In this document: one piece after another, positions 1 through 12,058 of the stretch
Position numbering within the stretch: position 1 is the first letter of the stretch
Layout: every line of letters begins with the position of its first letter
Source of the DNA: Basidiobolus meristosporus CBS 931.73
Lineage: Eukaryota; Fungi; Basidiobolomycota
Assembly (NCBI GenBank): GCA_002104905.1
Contig: MCFE01000219.1
Coordinates: 60,252-124,251, forward strand
Direction of reading: 5' to 3'
Length of the DNA stretch: 64,000 nt
Notes under the pieces: generated by a model
What the model saw: only the letters and a program-made list of their open reading frames with translations
Told to the model about the DNA's origin: nothing
The model's database searches: none
Made by a program: the position numbers and the translations under genes

Positions 1-2584
1 TGGTGGTATTTATACATCTTACCAAATTAGATAAAAGTATAATAAACCTGGAAAACAAGCTCATATTACGCATCTGCCATTTTGTTCAAGCTTGGCCATC
101 ATTGGGAAATGTAATGAAATTTGGCATATATATTGGAGGAATGTAAGGGCTTCACTGAGAGTAGGGGCACCATTTCGAAAAACTAGCTATACACATACTG
201 AGGATAGCTCACCTTCAGCCCGATTATAGGAAGATAAGCTGGCTTTGCTCAACTTACAATCAATTCACAGCGTAATCCATACTTGTCTTATGGTTTGGAT
301 TGTTACTTCTGAATGACTTCAAGAAGGGTCAGTTCCGCAACTGTCATTGGATCATTCTTCATAATGGTAACGAGAATAATTCTACTTCTCAAGCATTAAC
401 AGGCCTCATCTACCAACGGTATATCCAGCTGTACACCAGAGATTGCATGAATGACCTCTCCTTGTGGCTTAGCATTCCCTGAACCAGATTGCCGTTATAG
501 TTTCTAAAGTAACTCAATCGAATGACAAATCGCCCATAACTCCTGAGCAAAATCGCCGCTTTATGGAAGCATGAGTATGAATACAGTAAACACTGGCTTG
601 TTTCTTCTGATCAATACAACTGAAACGAGTGAGTCTAGAACAGGTAACTTGTATTGGAGATGATCAATCGTAGTGGTTCAGTTCCTTCACCACTGTGACA
701 ATAATGAGTCAAACATTCGGATTCAATCCAAGTCAAGCCATTGTTTGCATAAAAAGAATATCAGACCATTTCTTATCCAATCTAGAGGACTTGCAGAATT
801 CCTGCAGGATATCACATGCTGGCTGTCCTTGGAACATACTTGCGAAGCTAACCACCAACGATGTTCTTTGCGGTCCTGGACACATCGGATTGACAGCATA
901 TGACTGGTATATGTCCCAATGAGCCAGTTTACGCCTAAAACAAACGCATAGATGGTGTGAAGTCAGCTCTGTATGAAAAGGGAAACAGATGGGGGAGGCA
1001 AGTTGTAGCTAGTCGAAATCAAGGATGGTGAGCAAACGGGGCTATTTGGCAATTAGATCAGCCATCACCCAAAATATTACAAGTCCTGTTGACCGTAGAT
1101 GCCTCTTTGAGAGGGCATGATGTGCAGAATGGCAATATGCTTAACCCAAATTCTGATATCCTGCATCAAGTCACACTGCATATCGCCACTCCACAAATGA
1201 AACAAGTGCTAATATGTATTTCAAATATATTAAAGAGCAACCGTCTTATCAGAGTCACCCGTTTCTCTCGGCTGGTCTCATATCAATAAGCTAGAACAGT
1301 TTAGTACTCATGCTTATAACATAAGTGATTTACTCATCAGTTTCGCTCTGGCAATTTACCTGATTGATTGGCCAAGTTGCTCTTGACTCGAGTGAAACAC
1401 GAATTGCAAGTCGACCGAAAGTCTAAGATACAAACTGGTTTCTGGAATATATTCCGTAGCAGTAGCTCTTTACCGTCGCAAAAGAGACAGCCAATTACAG
1501 CGACCTAGAGAGCATTCACCTACTGAACTGGATAAGGCAGTTTGGTGAATCAATGGCATTCACTGAACGTCTATCTATTTGCCTCTTTCTGCAATTCTTG
1601 CATTGTTCTCGAACTTGTGTTATATCGTTTCACCCGAAAATCTTCAAACGGATAAAAGCATCATTACATCTCGGATATGCTGATTCTGTACCTCATGTGT
1701 TTCGTGCAAGTAGTGAGCGGTCATAAGCTGGGGGTGCAGTGATGACAGGACTGCTCTGAATTAGGGAACTATACGTTCTTACAAGATAGGAAGCAATCCA
1801 GAAGGAGCGACGTCACTTCATTCCAGCACTATTCGACCTTGTATCTTCCAGATTTAGGCATGGAGGAAACATTATTATTTTCAGAATTGTAGAGTCAGCG
1901 TAACGCTTATTCATTCGTTGCAGCTGCAGTCGACGATCAGTAAAATATCACAATATTGTGGTGCTTCCACAAATTACAGCGCTGATGGGACAGTCCGGGC
2001 GCTATTATTTGCATAGAGTGTAATACTCCTTTAAACTCAGCTCAACATCCTTCAAAGAGTAATGAGTTGACTGTACCCGCTTGTGCTCTCGGACTGTCAG
2101 CATCAAGATTAATAAGGCAACCATAGAAAAGAGCTAGTATATTGGTAATGTCTCTGAACACTCTAAAATGATTCCAAAAGGAGGTTACTTTTGCATGAAC
2201 ATATGTTGAGCCTATTGAAATGATTGTACTCTTGACCACACATTCAATGGAACTCCAAAAATATCTGCCAACCATGTTTACGTACGAGAATCCTTCCCCA
2301 GCGTTATGAATGTCAAGACCATCGAAAGTCAACTTGTATATACTAACCTATCGAACTACTGCTCTGAATAGCAACACAGTTTTCAGTTACTAAAACCTTT
2401 CATCAAGCAAGTGAAGTAGCCAACTATATTGTTACCATAGTTGGAAGAAACCTGGCACAGAATTGGGACATATATGATTGCTAGCGAATCATTATACCTA
2501 AATCATCAATTAAGGTGAAGGAGGTAGGTTTTGATCATCAAAATGAATAAAAAGAGGTAATTTCCTGCATCTCAAATACATAAA

Positions 2585-2598
2585 TATAAACGCCCGCC
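2585..2598 (+). promoter_or_regulatory. TATA box followed by GC box (TATAAA-CGCCCGCC) upstream of zinc-finger gene 1
   Basis: The motif ends about 65 bp upstream of the ATG at 2664. An equivalent arrangement precedes the paralogue at 7055-7070. Confidence 0.5.
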
Positions 2599-2663
2599 TT
2601 CCAAGTAACTCAAGCCAACTCTCTTAACCACTCTATTAGATTGATACTTTAGTGCTATAAACC

Positions 2664-4046
2664 ATGCTTGATCAAACAATATCACAATCAAATGGTTATC
2701 TTTACGACTCAAATTACTTGCCAGTCTTGGAACGCCTGAATATGGAATCACTGGACCAAGAGGAATCAGAGTTTACTAGTTTCATCAGCAACGCTTTACT
2801 TGAAGTCCCCCGGTTGACCATGATTACAGGCGGCTCTACTCCTGACTTCGAGTTCTGCCCAGCTACTCCCTTGGATGAAGTTTCAGACAACCAATTTATC
2901 TCCAGCTACACCTATCCTAGAGACAATCAATTCTCCCAACAACCTCAAAACCATCTTGGGCCTAGAGTCACTCATCGGACTAGAAGTGCAAGTATATCCA
3001 GTCTTTCTAGCATTACCTCTAGTACTTCAAGTATTGAGGAAAATTGGGATGCAGAGCCAGAGAACAGTTTTTTAGGCATGAATATGGGCGATATCGGAAT
3101 CAATATGGATCACTTCAGCCTGAATTCATCCCAGTCTATCAGCAATTCACCTAATATGAGTTCTTCACAAGAACAAGCATTTCCTGGCACGTACTCACCA
3201 AGCCAAAATCAATATGCACTGGACCACAGCGGCTACTTATCACCAAACACCCAGCTCAGCCCAAGCTCTAGCCTTTGCAGCACTGATAGTAGAAACATTC
3301 ATGTGGGCTCAGCACCAGAAGCGCACACTCAAGAAAACTATTTCCAGGAACTTCTATCATCCCAGCTCTTCTCAAGTCGACGTTCTAGTTTATGCAGTAT
3401 TGGAACTTCATCCTCACTTGTCGATCATGACCTTAGTAGGCCAGAAGATCTGATAAGCCTCCAGAATAATCAAGCCCACAACTGTAGCTTATCTACAATT
3501 GGCATGCCAGCCTTAAATGATAATCTCCCGTATCAATCGTTTGAGGAAAAGCCACCAGATACAGAAACTAGCTATCCAAAATTAGATCTCTCCCAAGAGA
3601 TGTATCCCGCAATGAGTGACCAATCTTTCCACCTTTCCCAAGAAAATCTCCAGTTTATTCCATTTAATTCAGGCCTGGATAACGCAAACGAATCAACATT
3701 GTGCAATCGGACCGCAAGGAGTCCACAATCATGCTCCATCAATCATACCCAAACAGAGTTCATCTGTCAAATATCTGGGTGCTCGAAAACGTTCCGTAGG
3801 AAGCACAGTCTTTTATCACATCAACGTACACATTCTGACGACAAGCCGTTCTCTTGTGAGTTCTGCAGTCGACCATTCGCTCGTAAGCACGATATGCTTC
3901 GCCATCGTAGGATGCATACCGGCCACAAACCATATCCGTGTGAAGCTTGTGGTGCCGGCTTCTATCGTACGGATGCCCGACAGCGTCATTACCAGGCTGA
4001 GCCTAAATGTTGGGAAGTTGTGATAAAGGGCAAGTTTGGCGTATAA
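2664..4046 (+). CDS. C2H2 zinc-finger transcription factor (460 aa; two C2H2 fingers plus a C2HC-like finger at the C-terminus)
   Basis: Intronless ORF with a Ser-rich low-complexity N-terminus. The C-terminus reads CQISGCSKTFRRKHSLLSHQRTH-SDDKPF-SCEFCSRPFARKHDMLRHRRMH-TGHKPY-PCEACGAGFYRTDARQRHYQAEPKC, with canonical TGxKPY linkers. Confidence 0.92.
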   Translation: MLDQTISQSNGYLYDSNYLPVLERLNMESLDQEESEFTSFISNALLEVPRLTMITGGSTPDFEFCPATPLDEVSDNQFISSYTYPRDNQFSQQPQNHLGPRVTHRTRSASISSLSSITSSTSSIEENWDAEPENSFLGMNMGDIGINMDHFSLNSSQSISNSPNMSSSQEQAFPGTYSPSQNQYALDHSGYLSPNTQLSPSSSLCSTDSRNIHVGSAPEAHTQENYFQELLSSQLFSSRRSSLCSIGTSSSLVDHDLSRPEDLISLQNNQAHNCSLSTIGMPALNDNLPYQSFEEKPPDTETSYPKLDLSQEMYPAMSDQSFHLSQENLQFIPFNSGLDNANESTLCNRTARSPQSCSINHTQTEFICQISGCSKTFRRKHSLLSHQRTHSDDKPFSCEFCSRPFARKHDMLRHRRMHTGHKPYPCEACGAGFYRTDARQRHYQAEPKCWEVVIKGKFGV

Positions 4047-5923
4047 AGGCTGGCTCTACCTGAACTTGCTGAATCAGAAAGCAATCTAGATGAGATGCAT
4101 ACTATAGTAACAAATGGGTATTTTTGTAATATCACTGGTGCCACCCTATTATATGATCCTGCTTAGTTGCCAAGTATTTCTCCTATTGCGTTTAGGTTCC
4201 AATGTATTTACTAATCTTCAGTCATCTCAACATCCATGTTCTTTAGCCATGCTGCTCATAGAATGACCAAAGACTTCAAGAGAACAATCAATAAAGAGTA
4301 ATAATAGGCTTCTTATGAAATACACTCTTAACGCAGTTAGTTCAATTCCAGCTGCGCTATATCAGCATGAGGTTAGTTCACATAGACATGAACTAGATTC
4401 GTCCGGCAACTGACTATGGCAATTAGCAGACACTGCGCCTCACATCTACATTTTACCAGGGATTCTTGAAACCATGAAGTTCGTGAAACCATTTGTATCT
4501 TTTCTTTGAGTATGTTTCACGCTTTGTCTGGGAGACAGTCCACAAATCGGATGACTTTGATCTATGAACTAAACGGAACTCGTACAACAACGCATCAAAG
4601 CCCCTGTTACCCTGGAGTAACCGGCTATTCAAATGGTATCTTTAGGATCCCTCCCATTGCCCGTGGCCCTATGGAGCCGATAAAGTATCTGGAATGTGTG
4701 ATATAATCGATTAGCTCACCGGTATATTCCAACGCCGATTCATCCCACCTGTGTTGAGGATGGGGAGGTAGTGATGTTCATTCCGAGTAAAACAGGTATC
4801 ACTTACCTAGGTTTCTCGTATTTGGGGTTTCGAAATTATTTCCTAATGTGGAAGATTGTCACACTCACGATAGCCCTGATATCGATTGGGTTTAGTTTGG
4901 ATGGCTGTGAGTTGGTTCCCTAAGTTTAGGACGTTCTTGATCGACTTGTGATTGTGCCATAGCGGGCAAGGGAACGTCTAATGAATGGTTGACTGTCAGA
5001 TGACCAACTGCATAGAGGTTTATCAATCTAGTTGTGTATGCAGAGGGATATTAGTTGTAAATTAGGACAATAGGCGTACGAGCCTGTTATCTATCCATCC
5101 TCTCAGGGTTGCCCAAACGGAATTTGGGTGGTCAGCTTGTGAATTCCCTGAAGCCCAAATTCTCTGATAGATAATTGCAACCCCATCGGTTTGCTAGGCT
5201 AATGTCTCATTAAACGTACATCACCGTAGTAGCACACTAATATTCATACTAACCAAATGTGGTAAGCCGATTGGGGATTCCTGCATGTAATTTAAGTACT
5301 GCGTGATCAACAATATCTTCCTCCAGCAGCCGAGATGTAAGATTGCTACTGGCTCGCTATTGAAGTGATGCGAAGGTGCAGACCTCTATAGCATCTAGAA
5401 ACTATCATTAATACAATGCTGAGCCCAAGAAGTGGCATCTCGTTAGGCATTATTATGACCAGGAGTCAATGGCCGTATTCAGTCTCTCAGTGTGAGAAGA
5501 AACCACTTCGGTTTCTATGAAGGAGTATATTGATATGAATATGATTTTTAATAAGATTATGTAAACCAGAAGGCGGAGCCTTATCCTGTCTGATTCATAT
5601 GCTAGTCATTGAATGCAGTCACTTGATCCACAAATAGAAGATCACAAAAGGAGACCAGAAATAACATCTATTTACACATGATTAAACCAACAATAGTGAT
5701 GGATACAGTAATGTAGAATTTACATAACTTTCAGGCGGCAGCCTAGCATATCTCAAATACGAAGTAGTCAAATTAAAATTAGTGGGATAGTAGCTAATAT
5801 GTATGACTGAACTGCTGGTAGAAGCTGGCGAGGATTTGGTGACCAATTGTTTCCTTGAACACAATCACGTCTTTTGCTGCAGAGGAATCCCTCTCCCTCC
5901 AATGGGTGCTTGAGCTGATGCAA

Positions 5924-6997
5924 CTAGTAGTGGTACACCAAATTTTTGGCCCTCATCATCTCAGCCCAACATTTGGGTTCGTTCTGGTAGTGACGCTGTC
6001 GTACATCCGTTCGGTAGAAGCTTTCCCCACAGGATTCGCACGGATATGGCTTTTGCCCTGTATGCTTTCGGCGATGACGAAGCATGTCATGCTTTCGAGC
6101 AAAGCAGTGGCCACAGTATTCACAGGTGTAGGGTCGCTCATTCGATGACGTGCACTGTTGTACAGTGGAGGGTCTTTTGCACTTGGTCTTTTTGGCGGAG
6201 GCGCCTCCGTATACATCGTGTTTGGCTGGCTTCTGTAAGCGGGGGTTTTTTTTCGGACGAGTCGGAATCGATGTAGTCGGGCTGGAGAGATTGGGGATTG
6301 TGCTGTTTAGGAGAAAGTGGCTCTTGACCAGCTTAGGGCTTGGGATCTGTGAGGGAAGCAACGTCTCCATGGAGGGAGGAATTGTCTCAGACTCCACATA
6401 GGTATCTGTGGATAGCACATCAGGGCATTCAAAGTAGTCCCCAAGATCCAAGAAACCTGGACTAGAGTTGTCGCTGCTTGCTTGATCATCAAAATGCCGA
6501 GCCATACTCGAAACCGAGGGAGTCACGGTGTAGTAACTCTCGAAAGCAATTGACTCTGGCACCTGGAAATCCTGACTCGGGACAGAGAAGCCCACATCAC
6601 TTTGCTCTACACTACCCAACGTCCCTCCCCTTTCCCTGCAGGAATCTATAGGACAAGCACTGGACAAGCGACGCACATTTAAATATGGGGTTTGGGATTC
6701 TTCAGTGAATTCAACCAAGCTCGAGTCTAGTTCGTCTAACATATGGATACTTGAGGAGCTAGCTATACTTTGACGACGTGAGCATGATTCGTACACGGAC
6801 ACTCCATTCCTGAGGTCTCTTTGTGTACACAGAGTGGTATAACTTAAGGGATCAGGGTAGTTCGAGCTGAGAGGATACGAAGGGCTTGAGAAAATAGGTT
6901 CGGGGAAGGAGGTGGGGACTAAGTCGAACTCGGGACCGGTAACATAGTGAAATTTCTGGACGGCTGGGTTTCCAATTGTAAGAAGTGAATTGGACAT
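5924..6997 (-). CDS. C2H2 zinc-finger transcription factor, paralogue of 2664-4046 (about 357 aa from the ATG at 6997)
   Basis: C-terminus CEYCGHCFARKHDMLRHRRKHTGQKPYPCESCGESFYRTDVRQRHYQNEPKCW is near-identical to fingers 2-3 of gene 1. The first ATG in the ORF is at 6997; the ORF track begins at a TTG at 7012. Confidence 0.9.
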   Translation of the reverse strand: MSNSLLTIGNPAVQKFHYVTGPEFDLVPTSFPEPIFSSPSYPLSSNYPDPLSYTTLCTQRDLRNGVSVYESCSRRQSIASSSSIHMLDELDSSLVEFTEESQTPYLNVRRLSSACPIDSCRERGGTLGSVEQSDVGFSVPSQDFQVPESIAFESYYTVTPSVSSMARHFDDQASSDNSSPGFLDLGDYFECPDVLSTDTYVESETIPPSMETLLPSQIPSPKLVKSHFLLNSTIPNLSSPTTSIPTRPKKNPRLQKPAKHDVYGGASAKKTKCKRPSTVQQCTSSNERPYTCEYCGHCFARKHDMLRHRRKHTGQKPYPCESCGESFYRTDVRQRHYQNEPKCWAEMMRAKNLVYHY

Positions 6998-7054
6998 GAC
7001 TAGGATGGTCAATGATTCCCTTTGAAGGTGGGTTGTCTGAATCTTGGAGGGAGC

Positions 7055-7070
7055 GGTGGGCGCTATTTAT
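7055..7070 (-). promoter_or_regulatory. TATA-like box followed by GC box (ATAAATA-G-CGCCCACC on the minus strand) upstream of zinc-finger gene 2
   Basis: The plus strand reads GGTGGGCGCTATTTAT, ending about 58 bp from the ATG at 6997, mirroring the gene 1 promoter. Confidence 0.45.
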
Positions 7071-10000
7071 TGGAAAACACTGATTAGCCTAATGCAGTTA
7101 GGGATTGTCGAATCGATTTCGATTCCATGGGATTATGTGCAAAGTCCAAGACCTCATAGTCGAGTGCATAGTTTAATAATCTGGTTGAGCCCGCCTAGCC
7201 GTTGACTCAGTGGGCCTTGAATTTGAGGTGCATCGTCGACTTGGGGCACAATAAATTGAGTAATTATCGGAATTGATTGGGTTTCCCAAGAAGGCAATAC
7301 TCCAGGGGATTGTGTAGACCAGTGCCGGATTAACCTCACTCGACAGGAGAATACAATAGCCTCAGGGCAATTTAGAGGCTCATCAATTAGCACTAGAATA
7401 GTACAGATTCGGCATTTCTGATTGAGGCCATTTCAATTAGTTGACAGTATAATGTAAGCAGCGATGGGCTCTTGTTGCATCCCGAGCACTTGCATATGGG
7501 CTGGCTGAGATGGAGTCGAACAATCAGCAGGATATCATTGCCGCGTAAATGGTCGCTTCATTCCCCAGAAGCTTGGCATTGTCATTCATTAGGTCTTATC
7601 GATGATTGTTAAGCTCTTACGAAGTCTAGTAGATCATCAATTAGGATAAGGTAATAGGAGTCAACGATCCATGCAGGATTCAATATAAATCAAGAGGTAA
7701 AACAGAGAGTTTAGCTAATCTAATACAACGGGTTTTGGTGAGATCAGGCTCTGTATAAGGATCCATTATGTATATACTGATCGGATTCGATAAACGAGCT
7801 GTTTTACGAAGGTCCCGGCTACTTGTGAGGGCAAACCCAGGTTAGTTAGCTGTGCTCTCATCATATGTATCAACAGTAACTGGCTCAACACAATTGTACA
7901 ACATGACCAAGCAGTACACGATCCCAAAGAGATATGCACACACGGCAGTGCCTTGCATCAAGAGACTGATCTAGAATCGACCAAAATGCTAGTTACTAGC
8001 GGGTAGTCCAGTGGATGAACTCAGGATCGATTTTGCCCAATAGAATGTCATGCCCAATGTCCAATTAATCGTGATGTATTGGGTTGTAAAACGAAGCATA
8101 GCCGTCGACGGCGAGATAAGCCGGATCGAATCGGTCTGAGCCAAACAGAGACAGATGTACCAGGCTTCAGATGATGGCAGTAATCCCGAGAGTCCGGTGA
8201 CTGAAGCCTGCGAGATGGGAGGTGGCGTATGTCGAGCCTGAGGTGTCAACACCACAGTGCACTGGGAATGGTAATTCGAAGAGATTACGAGAATCTTTGT
8301 CATCAATTTCAAGACCTGGGGTGGAGTTCTGCGGGATGAAACCGCCCATTACAAATGCAGCCAGGCTCGTCCGTTACTACTGGTTACACTTGGATTTTGG
8401 CAACTTCATCACACCTCCCAGCATTCAATATCTATTTGCACAGGAGGCCGGCTGTCAGCTTATTATTCTGATGGTGGGACACGGCGACTCTGCCTCCTTT
8501 TAGGAGTGACTGGTTTGGTTGGGATTTAAAGCCTTTCGATCTATATTCATAGCCTCTAAACCAGATTAGGCCTGTTTTGTTTCACAAACAAGCACCACAA
8601 AGCAGGGTTAACCTCTGGGTAATACTCCTTTGGGCCGGCCTATTTAGGATCCTCAGTCATAAACGTTACCCCACAGTTATGTGTAATTATGCAGTATGTC
8701 CGCGATTACTATTTGTGAGTTCGGAATGGCGATCCATTGGATTCCTTTCTTCTCCAAACTCGCCCATCGTACCATGCATCGATACCCAATCATTAGTACT
8801 AATATGGCTAGCTGGTGGCAGTTAGAGGGGATGCACATTATTACAGTAACACCTCGAGCCCGTTGATGCAAATGTGACTGGAGAGACTTGCGAATGGAAT
8901 AGACGCTACTACTAAAATGGTTTGGTCTCAAACGAGAAAACCCCACTGCCCAATATCATGTGAGCGGCGACTGAGTAATGAAACGCCCAAAGCCCCCGTG
9001 ATCTCAGGTCATCGCTGCGACGTATCACCTGAGAGGCTATGTATGGCGAGCTTGACTTTGTTTTGGTGATCCGTCCCTCTCCGATCACTTTCATCTCGCG
9101 CAGGACACAGGAATTCAATGGGATGAAGCCAGGTGACCTTTCTGTGAGACTGAGAGGGATTGCGGAGGACAGGATGGAGCTACCTACTGTCTCGGAATAG
9201 TAAGCCATCAAGAGTAGCCTGGTTTTTGTGCCAACCAGATTGTGTAAAGGATCAGTATCAGTGCTCCCATCTACCAGTTCACATTACTAGTTTGGTTAAT
9301 CATAATGAACAATCATTTGTTTCTGCGATAACACCGACTGCATCGTGCGGAAATTGGATCGTCAGATTTTGATAATCAGGTTGGTTACCACACCACTGCC
9401 GAGTTTTTCAAAGGTAGACAAGGCGCTTGTGGCGGATTTGTATTGCACAGAAGGAGAGATACTGGCCATAGCCAGAGAGTTCACCAATTTACCGAAATGA
9501 AGCGCTGGGAATACAATGGCTCAAAGGCTTTGTTGTTTGTGTGTTCTCAACTCAAACTGCAAGGACCAGGCGAGTCTCCCAAGGCAGGTGGTATGGAAAG
9601 TCGGTGTTACTGCTTATTGTAATTTAATCAGTTCGTTTGCTGGCTAAAATTAGGTTTCAAACTGTGTGTTTACTGTAGGCACTAGCATATGGTCAGAGTG
9701 ATCACGGGATATCAAGATCGCAGATTTGGCTTTTTATATATTGCTTGGTAGTATAGCCGATATATTGAGACTCGGCTACGCATGTACAGTATGGAAATCC
9801 CTGGAGGTCTGTATGGGAGACTTCACAATGCTCTAAGCCCATTCCAACTCCAAAGAGATTCTCAAGAATGTTATTCAGGTACACTCGTTCCTGTACTATT
9901 GGATAGGGACTATTCCACTCACCATGCTAATATTCAGCATTGTCTTACTGTGGTATCTATCTTGATTCCATTTCAGAGGCAATTAGCACCAGTAATACTA

Positions 10001-10744
10001 CAGTCCAAATGCACCACTGTGCTGGACATATGACAGAACCTACAGCATTGTAGAAATATGGTCTACTATATAAAGCAAATGGAAGCTTATTCTTGAAGCG
10101 GAGCGTGAACAGTGATTATAGATTAAATTATATTAGGAAGCGGCAAGTATCTTTCATGGTATATAGACTATAAATGGTGCTGTTCCACTTTGGGGAACCT
10201 TCATAATGCTACTAATTGGTTTCGCGCCGAATTGCTCATTTATCTTGATTTAGCATTTAGTCAACCGGTTGAAATTAATATGAGCTAGACAGTTCATTTC
10301 GTAATATGATCTTGACATTTTTTCCAGATTGCGGAGGTGTTAAAAGCATAGAGATTTTCAAGGTCATCCAGATGGCCTTTAACCTGTCACGCCCACATCC
10401 CTTAGCACCCCCCTCAAAGTGAATTGAACTTAGCTCTACGAATAGTATTAGTGCTTTGCTTACGGTCAATTAAGTAACATGTGAATATCACACTTCCAGA
10501 TTCCCAATTCCACTTACTTCATATAAATGCATGTGTATCATTGACAACTAGTGATAAATCAGATAGAGTGTATAGCCCAAAGAGCATCGTGCTGAATAAT
10601 TGGTTTTATATCTATGTATCCATATAAATGTGCTTCCTATGCAGTCGGGTAATTTGCAATCAATTTTGCTTCATGCTGAAGTGATTCGGGGTGTTTCGAT
10701 GAAAGGTTGCATTCGTTGAAGTAAAAGCAAACCAAAACTTCGTA

Positions 10745-10860
10745 AATACAACGTCGAAAGCTCAAGGAGCTAGCTATACTTTGACGATGTGAGCATGTCC
10801 CGTACACGGATGCTCCATACCTGAGGCCTCCCTCTGTACGCAGAGTTGAATGAGTAGAAG
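10745..10860 (-). pseudogene. Fragment of a third zinc-finger paralogue (N-terminal region only)
   Basis: DNA aligns with about 6755-6835 (gagctagctatactttgacga..tgagcatg...cgtacacgga...ctccat.cctgagg). The peptide LRYGASVYGTCSHRQSIASS matches LRNGVSVYESCSRRQSIASS. No finger-coding part is seen nearby. Confidence 0.6.
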
Positions 10861-10994
10861 TGCATATGCCCAATACTCCTGGGAATTGACATCTTGTGCT
10901 ATTTAATAACTATTGTTTACTTTCATCAGTGCTATATGTAAAGCCTAGCTTTGCAGTAATATACATATACAGATAGGCCGAAGAGCAATCTGTG

Positions 10995-11340
10995 TGGTAT
11001 TTTCAAAATATCCCGAAGAAAAAAATGAAGCAAAGGCCAGCAGAATATCATCAAAACATCTGCTGAATTCCAAGTTTCTCAAAAGTGACGATTCTCAATA
11101 TCTCAGGTACTAGCTTCACAGCAGACTAGCAGACATCCTTTCCATAGAGTTTCAAAAAGAATCCGCGGTTGTCAGGTAATTTGGGAATTTTTTCATTGAG
11201 ATTTGTTATCTTGACACCTGATGACTACATGTTCATATCAGACCCCCATAAAAAATAGTAAATCTGGACTTCATATGGTATTCTGCAAGTGTCTTGCTGG
11301 TATTTTTCTGATATTCTGCTGGTATCTTTCATTCAATTTT
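10995..11340. repeat. Degenerate inverted-repeat (MITE-like) remnant with CCAGCAGAATA motifs
   Basis: GCCAGCAGAATATCA at about 11037 has inverted counterparts TGATATTCTGCTGG at about 11310. A related copy lies at about 20820-20885. AT-rich and CpG-poor. Confidence 0.35.
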
Positions 11341-11500
11341 AGTTATAAATATTCTTGGCTGAAACCATATTTAGAATGAGGATTACTCTGGCATGACACT
11401 TGTTTAGTCATATGCTTACGGGTCTCCAAGAAGGCCAGAACTTCTATTATTCAAGTTTATAGCTTCAAGGAAACTTAGATTTTTGCTGGTCTTATGTGAG

Positions 11501-11558
11501 ACCACATAATCTGCTTATTCTCCCAATAACATCCAATATCTCCAAAACTGCTACAACA
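11501..11558 (+). mobile_element. Copia LTR 3' fragment
   Basis: accacataatctgcttattctcccaataacatccaatatctccaaaactgctacaaca matches the last ~58 bp of the LTR at 32894-33242. Confidence 0.65.
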
Positions 11559-12058
11559 GAAGTTAATGCTATTCTAACTTGAACTTACAATGGCAATGTA
11601 CCACAAAACAGTCAAAGAATCAAGCTGCTTACAATCTTTCAGTCCCATACTTAGTCTAGGAATACCTAAATATAATGCTCAGGTAGGGCTCCTAATCTTC
11701 ATTTCTTGACAAGTAGAAATTAGCCCTATTGGACCAGATGGTCCCATTGTATTTAGCTATTTTGACTTTATAGCAAGGATATATGAAGTCCAAATGAAGT
11801 TATTGAAATCTCTCTGGTATGCACTTTGTGATAGTGTTTTGTTTCTTTCAAAATGGTTGCAAATACCTTGTCTTACATTGCCTTTACTGAAGCAATTTTG
11901 GCAATTTTTAATTGAACCTAATGGCCTAACACTTCATCAATAAATGATGGTACGGCTTTCAACAATCATATTTCAAACATTTAAAAGCCAACCCTACTAA
12001 CTGCGAAGAATTATTGAGCATTATTTGCTTTTTCTTATACCACCTTCAAGTACTTGGT

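Noticed and set aside
1-2340. Possible decayed minus-strand gene(s), including ORF 2042-2332 and a QLDIPLVDEA Walker-B-like peptide near 400
   Set aside because: Multiple stops and frameshifts, and no further helicase motifs found; cannot be named.
7989-10470. Protein-like minus-strand fragments (GSDRFDPAYLAVDGYASFYNPIHHD; VQERVYLNNILENLFGVG; HLDDLENLYAFN)
   Set aside because: Interrupted by stops, with no consistent splice model or recognisable family; may be pseudogene debris.
11560-12000. Possible Ty3/gypsy integrase remnant (PERFQ*LHLDF) on the minus strand
   Set aside because: Only one short degenerate motif; insufficient support.
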